Shown here piece after piece: positions 34,366 through 44,121 of a stretch of 47,772 bases of DNA. The notes beneath the pieces are model-generated. The model saw only the letters and a list, made by a program, of their open reading frames with translations. It was not told the origin of the DNA and searched no databases. The stretch comes from Sedimentisphaerales bacterium. GTDB taxonomy: Bacteria > Planctomycetota > Phycisphaerae > Sedimentisphaerales > Anaerobacaceae. Both the position numbers and the translations under genes were made by a program. The DNA is taken from positions 1 through 47,772 of the forward strand of contig JBARRE010000118.1 in the NCBI GenBank assembly GCA_049644065.1, given 5' to 3'. Within the stretch, counting starts at the first letter, position 1. The number at the start of each line of letters is the position of its first letter.

Positions 34366-34875
34366 TTATCCTTCTTCCTTTATATTCTCGGCGTTCAATC
34401 CCGTAACGTATGTCGGAGGAACCTTCTTGAGTTCCTTTTTGGTTGCCAGTATTCGATAGTCAGATACTCCAGCCGCTTGGCTCATACGCTCGACGATCTG
34501 TTCAACTTCCTGAATATCGGCTCCATGGACCATTGTATATAAGTTAAATGGCCAGTTTTCAGCTATTTTCCGCTCGTATGCGTGGGTGACCTCCTTGAAT
34601 CCTGCCAATGTTGTGCCGACCTGCTCAATACGCTCGGGCTCGACTCGCCAAGCGACCATGGCTCCCCCGGATAAACCTACCTTAAAATGATCTACTATCG
34701 ATCCTATACGTCGGAGCTTGCCTTCGTGTTTCCAATTATCGAGAACCGCTAACAGCCGTTTTGTGTCGATACCCACGAGTTCGGCCATGTCCTTGTATGG
34801 CGTTTCACTTCTCGGAAATCCCCCCTGAAGTACGGCTAATATTCTTCTCTCAATGTCAGATATCTGATTTTTCAT
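34366..34875 (-). CDS. Siroheme decarboxylase subunit (AhbA/AhbB family), second copy
   Basis: DIERRILAVLQGGFPRSETPYKDMAELVGIDTKRLL...EGKLRRIGSIVD places it in the same family as 23400..23879. It is the first gene of a tightly packed five-gene heme operon. Confidence 0.75.
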   Translation of the reverse strand: MKNQISDIERRILAVLQGGFPRSETPYKDMAELVGIDTKRLLAVLDNWKHEGKLRRIGSIVDHFKVGLSGGAMVAWRVEPERIEQVGTTLAGFKEVTHAYERKIAENWPFNLYTMVHGADIQEVEQIVERMSQAAGVSDYRILATKKELKKVPPTYVTGLNAENIKEEG

Positions 34876-35445
34876 CCTCTTTGTTTCGTTAATTCACTGG
34901 CAAAGGATTAAAAGAATCATTTGCAGCTATCAATATTTCCCACCTATAGGAAATGATAAACATTAAATACTATTTTAGTAAGTTCTACTTATAATTGCAA
35001 GGAAAGTTCTGTTACTTGCTTGCCAATCTGGGAATTTGTAGAAAAAACGCTTTTTTTACAAATAGACCTCATGTTTCATACTAATAACCGATAGGATATC
35101 AGGCAATTCGCACGGAATGACGGACTCGGATGATTCAACTCCGGAATATATTGCAGGAATACCCATTTTTCTCGAAATAAACCACATAACTTACACAAAT
35201 CGTTCGGAATAAATGAATATACCATTTGAAATGAGAAATAGACACCATTACGTCTCATAAGAATTCTCGTAAGGTACCCTAAAAAGCCTGGAAGCTTCCT
35301 AAAACATGACATTTTTGCTCTCAATCAATGTATATCCTATATTTTAATAGGGCGCTTACGAATAACCAACACGGATTCAGTACGGATAATAGAGAATTGC
35401 AATATTGTAACCAATTATTGATATTATTAGGTGGAGGGTTAGATA

Positions 35446-36723
35446 ATGGTGGGAGCAACTTCCCCTTTGACAAATCGAAAAAGCACAAACCGTATTTTTG
35501 TCATATTTTGCATTTCGATTGTACTTTCCCTGGGTATTGTTAGCGCATCGGCAGCGCCAGCTCAAAAGGCTTATTCTTCCGGTTCGCTGCGATCAATGGC
35601 AAGAGTTTACATGGCTTGCGGCAGTTACGAAAAGGCCCAACCTCTTTTGGAGAGGGCGCTTAATCTCGCAAAAAAGACGAACACTTCTGATTCCGAAATG
35701 TGCGCCTGCATGATTGACATGGCGTATCTTTATAAGAACCAGGGCAGACTGACTGAGGCCGAGACGATGTGCCTGCAGGGTCTGGAGATGCAGCAAAAGG
35801 TGAATGGCCAAAACCATCCCTATGTGGCGTACACGTTGAGAATTCTAAGCGAAATTTACGGCAGGCAAGCCCGATATAACGAGGCTGTCGGTACACTGGA
35901 ACAGGCATTAACTATTATGCAGGGATTTACCCTTGAAGACGATCAGGAGCTTGCACCGTTTAAGGTAGATATGGCCCGCCTGCTTGCCGCACAGGGTGAC
36001 TATGAAAAGGCCGAGTCATATTTTAAGAACGCGATAGCTTCGATTGAGAAAAGCTATGGGGCGGACCACCTTTATACGGCCAAGGTTTACAGCAGTATGG
36101 CATCACTATATGCACAGCATGGACGATATGCCGATGCTGAAGAATTAATTGCCAAAGCACTTCCGATACAGGAAAGAGTCTATGGCCCGAATCATCATCT
36201 GCTCATACCTGTCTGGCTCGTAAAATCAAGGATATACGAGGCTAAAGTAGACTTGGTTAATGCAAAAATACTTCTCGATAAATCTCTGAGCGCAGTTGAA
36301 AATCAGGCTGACTCCGGGCACGTGGTTGAGTGTGATGTTTTGAGCCGGTTTGGAGAATTCTATCTCATAAACAAAAAATACAGCAAAGCCGAGGATGCTC
36401 TGCAAAGAGCGTTGGAAATTTTGGAAAGCTCGCAAGGAACTAATAATGATCGAACAGCCATAGCTCTTAACAATCTCGCAAAGGTTTATATAAATCAGGG
36501 TAAATACTCCAAAGCACAAAATCTGTGCGGCAGGGCGTTAGGTATAATCGAGAATATTTTTGATGAATATCACCCGAGTGTGGCCGATGTGCTGGAAACG
36601 CTGGTTCAGCTTCACCGCAAGACCGGAAACATGACGGAGGTAGTAAGACTGGAGCAGCGCGTGGAAGAAATCCGTGTGCATAAGCGGGTTGCTTATGCAC
36701 CGATTGCAAAAGCTATACCGTAA
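35446..36723 (+). CDS. Exported or anchored TPR-repeat protein (kinesin-light-chain-type TPR_12 repeats)
   Basis: GGAGGG lies 7 nt upstream. The N terminus is hydrophobic (IFVIFCISIVLSLGIVSASA). There are about 8 consecutive 42-aa TPR units (YxxQGRYxEAExLxxxAL...). Confidence 0.8.
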   Translation: MVGATSPLTNRKSTNRIFVIFCISIVLSLGIVSASAAPAQKAYSSGSLRSMARVYMACGSYEKAQPLLERALNLAKKTNTSDSEMCACMIDMAYLYKNQGRLTEAETMCLQGLEMQQKVNGQNHPYVAYTLRILSEIYGRQARYNEAVGTLEQALTIMQGFTLEDDQELAPFKVDMARLLAAQGDYEKAESYFKNAIASIEKSYGADHLYTAKVYSSMASLYAQHGRYADAEELIAKALPIQERVYGPNHHLLIPVWLVKSRIYEAKVDLVNAKILLDKSLSAVENQADSGHVVECDVLSRFGEFYLINKKYSKAEDALQRALEILESSQGTNNDRTAIALNNLAKVYINQGKYSKAQNLCGRALGIIENIFDEYHPSVADVLETLVQLHRKTGNMTEVVRLEQRVEEIRVHKRVAYAPIAKAIP

Positions 36724-36746
36724 TAATATTATTAGCCTTAAAAGAA

Positions 36747-36787
36747 GTTGCTGTCAGAGGCGGGTATATTGGGCCTCTGACGGCAAC
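36747..36787 (+). terminator. Strong stem-loop terminator after the TPR gene
   Basis: gttgctgtcagaggc pairs with gcctctgacggcaac (15 bp with one G-U pair, 11-nt loop). The hairpin begins 24 nt after the stop codon. The downstream T-tract is weak (ttaaatcttt). Confidence 0.6.
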
Positions 36788-37052
36788 TTAAATCTTTACA
36801 ATTAATAATTGTATCAGCCTGCTTGTTATCTCCTAATCTTAGTAGACGTACAATCTCTCCTGATTTTCTTAAGATTTCACAGAGAAATCAAAGGCTTGAG
36901 CTTCATTTTTCACACTCAAAATCCTCATATCGAACTGCTGGACTTGATTGTATACTTATGATATTGTCCGGATAGCTTAACAATAGCCCAATCGGGAACG
37001 TAGTGATTTGAAACAGTCACTTGGTGGAACTAGTTGAATAAGGAGGCTAAAA

Positions 37053-38405
37053 ATGACCGCCGAAAATGTTATTAAAAACGCCGGAAACCATAATTTTACC
37101 CGCCGGGAATTCCTATCGACAAGTTGTCTGGCCCTGTCCGGCACGGCCCTGGCCCTGAGCGTACAGAAGCTGCCGGGCCGGGAGAGCACAATGCCGAACA
37201 TCGATCCAGGATATATTGGGCCGCAATTTTTCGATGAACGTGAAGAGCAGGCCCTGTTGGATGTGTTGGAATCCCGGTCTCCCTTCCGTTATTGGGGCCA
37301 AGGCAATCCGACAAAGGTGCTGCGATTCGAAGAAAAGTTTGCAGAGTACATGGGCACGCGCTTTGCGCTTGGAGTGACATCGGGGACCGCGGCGCTGGAT
37401 TGTGCCGTGACCGGTCTGGGTATCGGCCCGGGCGATGAGGTGATCGTCCCGGCGTACACATGGTGGTCGGACTATACATGTGTGGTCCACGCCGGAGCTC
37501 TGCCGGTCTTTGCCGATATCGACCGCACCTTGAATATCGATTCGAAGGACTTCGAGCGAAAAATCACTCCTCGCACCAAGGCCGTCATTGCAGTCCATCT
37601 GCTCGGGACGCCATGCGATATGGACCCGATTATGCAGACTGCTCGCGAGCACGGGGTGGCTGTATTAGAGGATTGTGCGCAGTGCGTCGGCGGCTCTTTT
37701 CACGGCAAGAAACTCGGATCCATCGGCGACGTTGGCATTTACAGTTTTCAGGTCAACAAGATGATTACATCTGGTGAGGGTGGCGCGGTGGTCACGAACA
37801 ACCCGCTCATTTACGAACGTGCGGCCCGTTTTCACGATATGGGCACGATCCGCAGACTCTTTCTGGACCGATCGGGCCCCAGCCGGGTGGAAACCTTCGC
37901 GGGGGAAAACTTCAGGATGAACGAGTTCACCGGAGCCGTGCTTGGTGCTCAGTTGTCCAAGCTCGATTCCATGCTGGCCCAGCTTCGCGGAAATGCAAAC
38001 GCTATCTATAACGGTATTGAAAATATCGTCGGCATTCGCCTGCGACACCGCCCCGATCCGGAAGGTGATATCGGGTATGCCATTTATTTCGAGATGCAGG
38101 ACAAGGCGGCCCGTGATCGCTGTATACGGGAATTAAGGCAGCGAAAGGTCCCGGCGTCCACGCTTACCGGGTCGGTTCTGCTGCCCATCGAGGAATCCGT
38201 GATCAACAAGCGGACGCGGCATCCGGATTGGCCTTCGTTTAACAGCACGGAAGGCAAAAAGATCAAGTACGGTCCCGATAGCTGTCGGCAGACGCTTGGG
38301 ATTTTCGACCGCTTCGTCCAGGTCCGTATCGGCGCGAAATACACCGAGCGAATCAATAATTATATTGTTGATAACATCCGCCAGGTCTATAAGGCTCTGG
38401 TGTGA
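37053..38405 (+). CDS. DegT/DnrJ/EryC1/StrS-family PLP-dependent aminotransferase with a twin-arginine (Tat) signal
   Basis: An AGGAGG RBS is present. The Tat motif is FTRREFLSTSCLALSGTALALS. Family blocks are GVTSGTAALDCAV, GPGDEVIVPAYTW, VLEDCAQCVG and the PLP-lysine context YSFQVNKMITSGEGGAV. Confidence 0.85.
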   Translation: MTAENVIKNAGNHNFTRREFLSTSCLALSGTALALSVQKLPGRESTMPNIDPGYIGPQFFDEREEQALLDVLESRSPFRYWGQGNPTKVLRFEEKFAEYMGTRFALGVTSGTAALDCAVTGLGIGPGDEVIVPAYTWWSDYTCVVHAGALPVFADIDRTLNIDSKDFERKITPRTKAVIAVHLLGTPCDMDPIMQTAREHGVAVLEDCAQCVGGSFHGKKLGSIGDVGIYSFQVNKMITSGEGGAVVTNNPLIYERAARFHDMGTIRRLFLDRSGPSRVETFAGENFRMNEFTGAVLGAQLSKLDSMLAQLRGNANAIYNGIENIVGIRLRHRPDPEGDIGYAIYFEMQDKAARDRCIRELRQRKVPASTLTGSVLLPIEESVINKRTRHPDWPSFNSTEGKKIKYGPDSCRQTLGIFDRFVQVRIGAKYTERINNYIVDNIRQVYKALV

Positions 38406-38693
38406 CCTCTTTGCATGAGGGCAAGATTCATTTGACCATTCCTCGTCTGGCTTTTCATGAAATAATTGTGGTTGAATAACTGCATTTCCTTAGCAGCAAT
38501 TCCTCGCTCGTTGCATCGATACGGATTTTTCTGATCGAGCATAGTCCTATAATTAACTTCATTAGCCGCCATATTAATCTATTTTGTCTGAAAAACATAA
38601 CTGATGGTCAGGAAAAGTGTTACGTGTGACATGCAAGGTGGCACTATATAGGTAGAGCCATATAGAAAATGGGCTGTTAAGGACGGGTCGGGA

Positions 38694-39368
38694 GTGATTG
38701 TGATAGGTAGTTTGAAAATGATTTTGCAATTACACCAAAAACAACGTTGGCACCTCCTGATTGATGTAGACACACAAAGGGATTTTTTACTTGCCTCCGG
38801 CCGTGCTTGCGTCAGGAACCAGGCGGAGGTCTTGGCCAACATTCGCAGGGTGATGGCCTGGGCCAGGCGTGAGAATGTTCCTGTTATCTCGACTGCCGAG
38901 GTTTACCCCAACAATAACGGCTGCAGCGAGATCGGCTATTGCCTTGACGGCACCGACGGGCAGAAAAAAGTTCCATGCACACTTCTGAATGATCGGGCGA
39001 GTTTCCCGGCGGACAATAAAAACGCTCTGCCGGCCGATGTGCTGCTGGCTTACAGACAGGTCATTTTGCACAAGCGATGCATCGATCCTTTCGATGAACC
39101 TCGAATAGAGAGGCTGCTTAGTGAAGTGGAGGCTGATGAGTTTATTTTGATCGGTGCCGGGACAGAAGACGCGGTCAGGGCGACTGCTATGGGGCTGCTG
39201 CATCGCGGCAAGAAGGTGAGTATTATTGTCGATGCTCTGGGTTCGCATAACAAAAGAGAGGCGAAGTTGGCTTTACGCAAGATGGAGGCAAAAGGAGCGA
39301 AATTGATTATGACCAAAAACGTTGCTGGGGCCTCGCACTTGAAACCGCGTCTACCTTGGACAGCATGA
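38694..39368 (+). CDS. Isochorismatase-family (cysteine hydrolase-like) protein
   Basis: HLLIDVDTQRDFL resembles the isochorismatase N-terminal LxxDxQxDF block, and a FILIGAGTEDAV segment is present. The start is uncertain (GTG 38694 or ATG 38718). Confidence 0.55.
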   Translation: MIVIGSLKMILQLHQKQRWHLLIDVDTQRDFLLASGRACVRNQAEVLANIRRVMAWARRENVPVISTAEVYPNNNGCSEIGYCLDGTDGQKKVPCTLLNDRASFPADNKNALPADVLLAYRQVILHKRCIDPFDEPRIERLLSEVEADEFILIGAGTEDAVRATAMGLLHRGKKVSIIVDALGSHNKREAKLALRKMEAKGAKLIMTKNVAGASHLKPRLPWTA

Positions 39369-39411
39369 AGTATCGCAGGAGAAGAAAACTAAGCCGGTTG
39401 CGTTTGATTAC

Positions 39412-42400
39412 TTAATCTTCGCTTGCCCACCCTTCGGCAATGATTTCAATTCCGCAAAGCAGGGGGCCGACTTGACTTTCTGCAGGTGGAGTCAGCGTGA
39501 TCCTTAAATCATCTGTTACGTTGATTCCTTTGAATTCTTTCACCACGGGCCGATTTATTCCGCCGGCTTCCTTGACGATATCGAATGCTTCCAGGACCTG
39601 CCTGCCCTGAATGGAGACATTGAAAAGACGCCGGCCGATTTCATTTTCCTCGGTCTCAGCAAAGAACAGCCTCACCGTATATGGTCGGGTCTGCTCGAAT
39701 GCGCCTTTTATCTGATCTTCGGACCATGTGGGAATCTTTTCGATGTGCTTATCGAAGGCGTCAACGCTGGATGGATTCTTGCCCGGTTGAATAAACATGC
39801 GAACATTCACTTCCCTGAGCCCTGTAACGCCTGAGGCGGTGATCCAGTTAAACTCACCTTCTACGCGAGAGCTGTGATGCCGGATCCACTTGGGATTTTC
39901 ATACGTGGCTCGAACAGGAATATCCGGCGAAGGCCCCCCGACGCTGGGGAATTCAAGCCACAATGTCCCATTCTCGGTGTAGCGATTGCCGGGGGCTCCG
40001 AAGTTGATTCCTACCTGTTTGACAGGGGTCGGCTCGCTCGGCTTCAGGTAATAATCAAAAGTCCAATACCCCACCTCCGGCATGTGAATCAGGGCGAGTG
40101 ACGCCTGATTCTGATAGCTACAAACGCAGGTGCGGGTATAGTCGGGGGCATTAAGCACACCGTTGGCGATGATCAGGTTCGATGTGCAGCCGGACTTGAA
40201 TCCGCCGATACTTGCCGTGCCTTGTCCTTTAGTCAAGTCTACAAAAGCCCCCGAGGCTGAGCGAAAAGTCAGCAGGTTTTCACTGGCTATCGCTGTGTTG
40301 CATCCTTTAAACCGAATCCATGTCCAGGGGATTGTCTCGCCTGTCATTGTATGTTTGCGTGTGACATATTCGCCGCTTAGCAGATCGAAGACCTTGGCCT
40401 CAGCGGCTGCAGAGCCGCTGCCTCCTCCGGTTTGAGTTATAATCCGGTCATGGTAGAGTATGGGGGGGCCTTTATATTTGTCATCGGTTCTCCAGAGTAC
40501 TTCTCCATCGGATCCCCTGTGAGCGGTCATGCCCTTGTCCGGTTCATCTGCTGCCCTGTCACCGGACTGGCTACTCGCCTGGAGAAGAACATCATGCTCG
40601 GTTGAATAAGCCAGCCATGTTCCGAAGATGCCATCGTTTGCCTGCCAAATCAGTTCTCCTGTCCGAGCGTCTAACGCGTACAGCGTGTGTCCTTCTTCGA
40701 AGTTAAGCCCCCGGCGTCTCAAGGTGGCGAGCTTCGTGTCGCTCATTCCATCGATACAGAAGACTTTGCCGGCCGCTATGGCAATTGCGTTGTGACGGAA
40801 GGATTGTTCTGCGCTGCGTTTCCAGAGAACCTGTCCCGTTTGGCGATCCATGACAACGAGCATTTTGCTGCTGGAAGCATAATCCGCGTTCAAGGTCACG
40901 CCGGTGACATTATTAAGGGCGAAGCCTCCGGTACTCCCTGCGATTCCAGATTTCCCATTCGGCACAGCGACAAGGTAGGGGTGAAGACAAAAATCGCTGC
41001 CGCCGATCTTTTCATTATGTCCCTCGATTGCCAGCACGTTCGTTCCGGCTCGCAGAAAAGTTGCGTGGTTATCGATCCTGAAATACTCCCAACTATCTGC
41101 CTCGTGTTTTCCGACGCCCGATGCTCTTGACCCGCTGCCTCTGGCGACACCGACGCGGAGGATCTCCACGTCGTTGAGGTAGGCGATAAAGGCGTCGTCG
41201 TACTTGACCACCAATCCAAGCTCGGTGATCTTCTCCGGCTCAGGAAGACTAAATGACTTGCGTAGATAGACGACAGAGTGATGGTTTCTCATGTCACTGA
41301 GAGTGGTTTCGATGTCGTTGTCGCGGTAACCGAAACCCGCCGCTGAATTCTTCCACTCGCTGTCATTGAAATCCGGCTGCGTCCATCCGCTGCTCGGATG
41401 AGTGCCGGCTAAATAATGCCAATCGGCGCCTTTTTCAATTATCGGTTTGCTGTTCTCGGGCAATATTATACACCCTGTTCCATCTATCAGCGGAACATGA
41501 AGCGGCGAGGAAGTTGCCAGCAGCAGGTCTTCCCAGACGGCCAGCGAGCCGAAGCGGGGTTTGTCCTGGCCCGGTATCGAGAATTCCTTCGTCGTTCTGC
41601 CCGTAGCGGGATCGAGGACGTGGATATTGTCTCCATAAACGATATAGACAGCGTCGGATACGGTGACATAATTACTGCCGATTTCGTTGGCTCCCGGCTG
41701 GTGATCCGTGTTGTCGTAGAACTTGCCGAGGTCCTCGAACTGCCTTTCCCACAGCAGACGGCCGGTATAGACATCAACCGCCCGAATCATGTTTCGCCCT
41801 TCGATGAACAGCCTGCCGGCAACGACCTGCGGCGATGGTCCGTGACCGTGACGCGGCAAAACCTTGTCATTCGACGGCCCACCGAACCAGAGAAGTCCCA
41901 GCGGGGCTTTGACAGCTTTGTCGTAGGACATCACGGTGTTGGCGGAATCGCCGTACTGATGTGTCCAATCCGCCGAATCAGGTAGCGGGCCGACTCGGGT
42001 CAATCTGATAAATTCACCCGAACTTGCAATCTCACAGCCGGGCAGTTCCGACCTGACAGTTCGCCTGAAGATCGCGGTATGTTTCCTCTGCGGGACCGAA
42101 AAACAGGCGGTGCCGCCGTACGGGCGCAGCGAACGAAAAACCCGCTCAATGAAAACTTTGCCCTTCTCAAGGCCGGCAGCTCTGAGGTCTTCCGATACGA
42201 CCAGATTGGCCATATAGGGGGCGAGCCGCATCGTCGTGATGTCACCGACATGAACGGAGACTCGATTTCCGTACAGCCCCGCCTCGTCAAGTTTCCGGCG
42301 TATCGCAGCGACCTTTTCGGCATCGGGATCGATCGCGATTATATGCAGATCCGATTGACTTATTAACTCATAGAGAAGTTCGCCGGAGCCAAGACCGGGC

Positions 42401-43830
42401 AACAGGCAGTATCCTTCTTTTTCATTTGTCATTTCCAAGATTTGTTTGGCCTTGTCCACCCATTGATCTGAGCGGGCCGGCAGAGGTTTGGGTTCTAATG
42501 CATAACGTTTTGGCTCGGTTTTCTTCCCTGCGAAACAGTAGAGGCTTCCTTCAAGAGTTATCACAAAAAGCTTGCCGTCTGCGGCGAGCATGTTCCAGAC
42601 TTCGCCGTCCACCTTCGCCTGCCATGAGACTTCGGCTTGACTGTTATTGGCGGGGATATCAATGGCCATAATAGTGCCATCTTCGCCGCTGCCGTACACA
42701 CGCGAGCCGGCTGTCATGTGGATTCTCTCAAGCCCAGGTATGGCCTCTGTCTGCCAAATATCTTTTGCTGTTTTGGCTCCCGGTTCGAGCTGATAGGCCA
42801 CGACGGCATCAATTTTCGTGCCGATGATAACGTCGTCCGCAATCACCGATGCCGGCGCACGGGAGATTCCAAAGCCGTCGGAGAGCTTGTATATGGACCC
42901 ATCGTTGAAAAAATAATCACCTGAGGCCATGACTTTACAGACGCCGATCTTGCCGTACTTATTCAAATGATAGTACAGGAACTGTCCATTTCTGCGGTCG
43001 TAAGCGGCCGGTACGGATCGACCGCCGGATACGAGCAGTTTGTCCTCCGTTGCGACCAAATAGCCCTGCGGCGCCACGCCGGCAAAGGCCGGACTGCTGT
43101 GAGGCTGCATGAGGTACGTCGAACCGCTGCCGCTGTTGGTCCAGAGGATATCTCCTGTCTCGGCGTCGATTGCATGGATGAATGTCCCCATGAAAGGCCA
43201 GATGCTTGCCGCGAAGTATATCGTCCCATCGTACAGCACAGGGCCGCCTCGTACGGGCCACATGCCGACCAGACGATCGTTGCCGATCACCTTATTCGCC
43301 ACCGGGCCTGCGAGAAATTTCCTGATAAGAGAACCGTTTTCGGCGCTGCAGACGTATAAATATCCGTCATCCGAGGCGAAGTAGAGCTTGTCTTTATACA
43401 CCACAGGAGCAAAACGCACCGGCCCATCCGTATAAAAACGCCACTTCTCGGCCCCCGTCTCTGTGTCATAGGCGGTTACGCTATCTGAGACCATCGAGCC
43501 GACGAAAATGGTCTTTCCGGCAACAACAGGTTCGTATGAAGCGTCAAACTGTAGTCTGTCCTGACTTGCCGGCCAGGCGGGTTTCGGAGGTGCCAGCTCG
43601 CGAACCCACTGCAGATTCAACTCTGCAGGCAGCTCATCAGGTGACGCTGCACAGCGATGGGCGTTGTAACGCCACATAGGCCAATCGTCTCCGAGCACAA
43701 CCGCCGATTGAAAAAAAATCAAAAATAAAAAAGCAAAGTGCAAAAAGGAGGATGTCATCATCGCGAAGCGATGATTCCACATTTTTAATTTTTGAAATTT
43801 GATATTTGATTTTCCAGCGTCGTTCAACAT
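39412..43830 (-). CDS. Giant secreted multidomain protein: PQQ-like (BamB-type) beta-propeller repeats, class I methyltransferase fold, galactose-binding-like domain, C-terminal malectin-like domain
   Basis: It has a signal peptide (MMTSSFLHFAFLFLIFFQSAVVLG); the likely start is M17-M25 (43782-43758). Propeller motifs recur (xYAxDxxTGxxxW). The MTase-like blocks are LLPGLGSGELL, IIAIDPD and NLVVSED. WTQPDFNDSEWKNSAAGFGY marks the galactose-binding-like domain. The C terminus (YTVRLFFAETE...GRRLFNVSIQG...FDIVKEAGG) is malectin-like. Confidence 0.8.
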   Translation of the reverse strand: MLNDAGKSNIKFQKLKMWNHRFAMMTSSFLHFAFLFLIFFQSAVVLGDDWPMWRYNAHRCAASPDELPAELNLQWVRELAPPKPAWPASQDRLQFDASYEPVVAGKTIFVGSMVSDSVTAYDTETGAEKWRFYTDGPVRFAPVVYKDKLYFASDDGYLYVCSAENGSLIRKFLAGPVANKVIGNDRLVGMWPVRGGPVLYDGTIYFAASIWPFMGTFIHAIDAETGDILWTNSGSGSTYLMQPHSSPAFAGVAPQGYLVATEDKLLVSGGRSVPAAYDRRNGQFLYYHLNKYGKIGVCKVMASGDYFFNDGSIYKLSDGFGISRAPASVIADDVIIGTKIDAVVAYQLEPGAKTAKDIWQTEAIPGLERIHMTAGSRVYGSGEDGTIMAIDIPANNSQAEVSWQAKVDGEVWNMLAADGKLFVITLEGSLYCFAGKKTEPKRYALEPKPLPARSDQWVDKAKQILEMTNEKEGYCLLPGLGSGELLYELISQSDLHIIAIDPDAEKVAAIRRKLDEAGLYGNRVSVHVGDITTMRLAPYMANLVVSEDLRAAGLEKGKVFIERVFRSLRPYGGTACFSVPQRKHTAIFRRTVRSELPGCEIASSGEFIRLTRVGPLPDSADWTHQYGDSANTVMSYDKAVKAPLGLLWFGGPSNDKVLPRHGHGPSPQVVAGRLFIEGRNMIRAVDVYTGRLLWERQFEDLGKFYDNTDHQPGANEIGSNYVTVSDAVYIVYGDNIHVLDPATGRTTKEFSIPGQDKPRFGSLAVWEDLLLATSSPLHVPLIDGTGCIILPENSKPIIEKGADWHYLAGTHPSSGWTQPDFNDSEWKNSAAGFGYRDNDIETTLSDMRNHHSVVYLRKSFSLPEPEKITELGLVVKYDDAFIAYLNDVEILRVGVARGSGSRASGVGKHEADSWEYFRIDNHATFLRAGTNVLAIEGHNEKIGGSDFCLHPYLVAVPNGKSGIAGSTGGFALNNVTGVTLNADYASSSKMLVVMDRQTGQVLWKRSAEQSFRHNAIAIAAGKVFCIDGMSDTKLATLRRRGLNFEEGHTLYALDARTGELIWQANDGIFGTWLAYSTEHDVLLQASSQSGDRAADEPDKGMTAHRGSDGEVLWRTDDKYKGPPILYHDRIITQTGGGSGSAAAEAKVFDLLSGEYVTRKHTMTGETIPWTWIRFKGCNTAIASENLLTFRSASGAFVDLTKGQGTASIGGFKSGCTSNLIIANGVLNAPDYTRTCVCSYQNQASLALIHMPEVGYWTFDYYLKPSEPTPVKQVGINFGAPGNRYTENGTLWLEFPSVGGPSPDIPVRATYENPKWIRHHSSRVEGEFNWITASGVTGLREVNVRMFIQPGKNPSSVDAFDKHIEKIPTWSEDQIKGAFEQTRPYTVRLFFAETEENEIGRRLFNVSIQGRQVLEAFDIVKEAGGINRPVVKEFKGINVTDDLRITLTPPAESQVGPLLCGIEIIAEGWASED

Positions 43831-44121
43831 TAAATCGGTACTCCTGTGGTTCGAAAGACTTAGCGTTCAGCGGATAGCAAATAGCTTCCACCCCATTGAC
43901 AGCAATTTGTCGTATACGTAATTTCAACGTCCTACCAAAATCTCTGACTTGTTCAGATTACCAAATCCTTCTCAATTTTTCAACTGACTTTTTCGTGACT
44001 TCCGGCGGATATTACTTCTTTCGAGACCGTTGACACTTAGCGAAAGAGCACTCGTTACTGCTCAAATGTATATGGAAGGAGCATTTTCAAGGTGAATAAG
44101 CAGATTAAGAAACGATATCGG

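Noticed and set aside
35076-35565. Small ORFs (62-82 aa) in the 570-nt spacer between the heme operon and the TPR gene
   Set aside because: They have no RBS, atypical composition and mutually overlapping frames. The region is more plausibly divergent promoter space.
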